Positions 62,878 through 64,000 of a stretch of DNA of 64,000 bases are shown one piece after another. The notes under the pieces are model-generated. The model did no database searches and was not told the DNA's origin. It worked only from the letters and a program-made list of their open reading frames with translations. The DNA is from a virus: positions 64,001 through 128,000 of IMG/VR virus record IMGVR_UViG_3300046758_000611; one strand, written 5' to 3'. The position numbers were made by a program, and so were the translations under genes. Positions within the stretch are counted from its first letter, which is position 1. Every line of letters begins with the position of its first letter.

Positions 62878-63288
62878 ATGGAAACAAACAAATACACAGA
62901 GTTTATTCTACTTGAACTTATTGCTAAATCAAATAAATTCATTGAAGAATACTGCAAAACATTTCCTTCACAGGATATAAACGCAAGATTGTTTAAAGCA
63001 GATACATCGTGCTCATGTCGAAAGGAATTAATAGATTTTTACAACGAAACAAAAGAAAAAATTAATAAATTTTTATCTGACTTTATTTCTAACAATCCGA
63101 GTGAAATCAATCTTAAAGAGTTTATTACTAAAATGGAAAGTAAGTATATAGGTGGAACAACACATCGTGTAAATTGTTCTGATAAAGACTTTTATGACTT
63201 TGTAAATAAAATAAATTCAGAAGGATCGTTATACAGGTCGGTGTGTAGTTTCAAAGAAAAAGACTCTATCGTTTTTATGTTTTTTTAA
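62878..63288 (+). CDS. hypothetical protein
   Basis: ATG 62878 lies 6 nt after TTGACT-18-TTTAAT; CSC motif. Confidence 0.6.
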   Translation: METNKYTEFILLELIAKSNKFIEEYCKTFPSQDINARLFKADTSCSCRKELIDFYNETKEKINKFLSDFISNNPSEINLKEFITKMESKYIGGTTHRVNCSDKDFYDFVNKINSEGSLYRSVCSFKEKDSIVFMFF

Positions 63289-63365
63289 TTTTTACTTGCC
63301 AAATAATTCAAATCAATATAATATAATATCTATAAACTTTAATAAACACATTAACCCTAAAAATT

Positions 63366-63551
63366 ATGAATACAACAAAAGAACTATATGAACAAATTCG
63401 CAATTTATTTGAGGAATTTGAAGAAAATCATAACAAAAACGTAGAAACCGGTGTTAAGGCTGCAGGTACCCGTGCAAGAAAAGCAATAGGGGAAATTAAA
63501 AAACTTGCTACCGTATATCGTAAGCAATCTATCGAAGACTCAAAAAAGTAA
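63366..63551 (+). CDS. histone H1-like (Hc1-type) small DNA-binding protein
   Basis: GVKAAGTRARKAIGEIKKLATVYRKQS. Confidence 0.7.
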   Translation: MNTTKELYEQIRNLFEEFEENHNKNVETGVKAAGTRARKAIGEIKKLATVYRKQSIEDSKK

Positions 63552-63569
63552 TCTCAATATTATAAAATT

Positions 63570-63818
63570 ATGACAGATAACAATAAATCAAATATCACAG
63601 TAGAAACAACTGTAAATAAAACAAGAAAGAAACTGGTAGTTAACTGGCCAACCGGTAAATTTACAATTTCTGATCTAGAAAAAAATCATCCAAGTGCCGT
63701 TCCAATCACACTTAGGTTTCGTGTAAAAAAAGCACTTGAGTCTGGTATCATTAAACCGGCCGGGAAAATTGAAGGAGAACTCGGTCGTCCTGCAATGTTG
63801 TTTGAAACAACACAATAA
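63570..63818 (+). CDS. small winged-helix DNA-binding protein
   Basis: FTISDL..ITLRFRVKKALESGII..GRPAMLF. Confidence 0.6.
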   Translation: MTDNNKSNITVETTVNKTRKKLVVNWPTGKFTISDLEKNHPSAVPITLRFRVKKALESGIIKPAGKIEGELGRPAMLFETTQ

Positions 63819-63897
63819 AGTAATCTAGTACAAATTTCAAAAAAAAATATAATAAAATCAATTACATATATATTTATATAAATATTCAAATAAGATT

Positions 63898-64000
63898 ATG
63901 TTCGAAGACTTAGACAACAACTTTAAAAAAAATGCAGCCAAACCAATTCAGACTGACGTCAAGAAGATGGATACTGCTGAAACCTCGTATAACGATGAAC
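63898..64000 (+). CDS. 5' fragment of a gene truncated by the window end
   Basis: ATG 63898 open to the end; ATATTTATA at 63870-63878. Confidence 0.5.
   Translation, partial: MFEDLDNNFKKNAAKPIQTDVKKMDTAETSYNDE

Overview
A 64-kb, AT-rich, densely coding segment of a large T4-like (jumbo/huge) tailed-phage genome, read in the standard genetic code. From 1 to 39.7 kb (minus strand) it carries a RuvC-like resolvase and a tail/baseplate module: an FG-GAP/LysM/dockerin-like protein, a 3511-aa giant with Pro/Thr stalks, gp6-like and gp25-like wedge proteins and a gp5-like spike. These are followed by a gp55-like late sigma factor, Hsp20, an HD hydrolase, probable decoration proteins and PhoH. From 39.7 to 56.1 kb (plus strand) is a glycosyltransferase and nucleotide-sugar island. 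It is followed by a separately promoted, tightly coupled four-gene operon (possible GNAT fused to a 2OG-Fe(II) hydroxylase, a Cys-His-Asp protein, a PLP enzyme and an SPPY DNA amino-methyltransferase), the best candidate here for an undescribed DNA hypermodification pathway. From 56 to 64 kb lie putative head-internal proteins, a lipase-GDPD fusion, a SET protein, eight tRNAs, an HNH nuclease and small DNA-binding proteins. Signals missed by the ORF track include a start-less Pro/Thr tract reachable by a -1 slip at an A10 run, a recurring ATA(T/C)TTAT late-promoter-like motif, leaderless sigma70 promoters, and twin bulged-G hairpins upstream of hsp20. All family assignments come from visual motif recognition; no searches were run.
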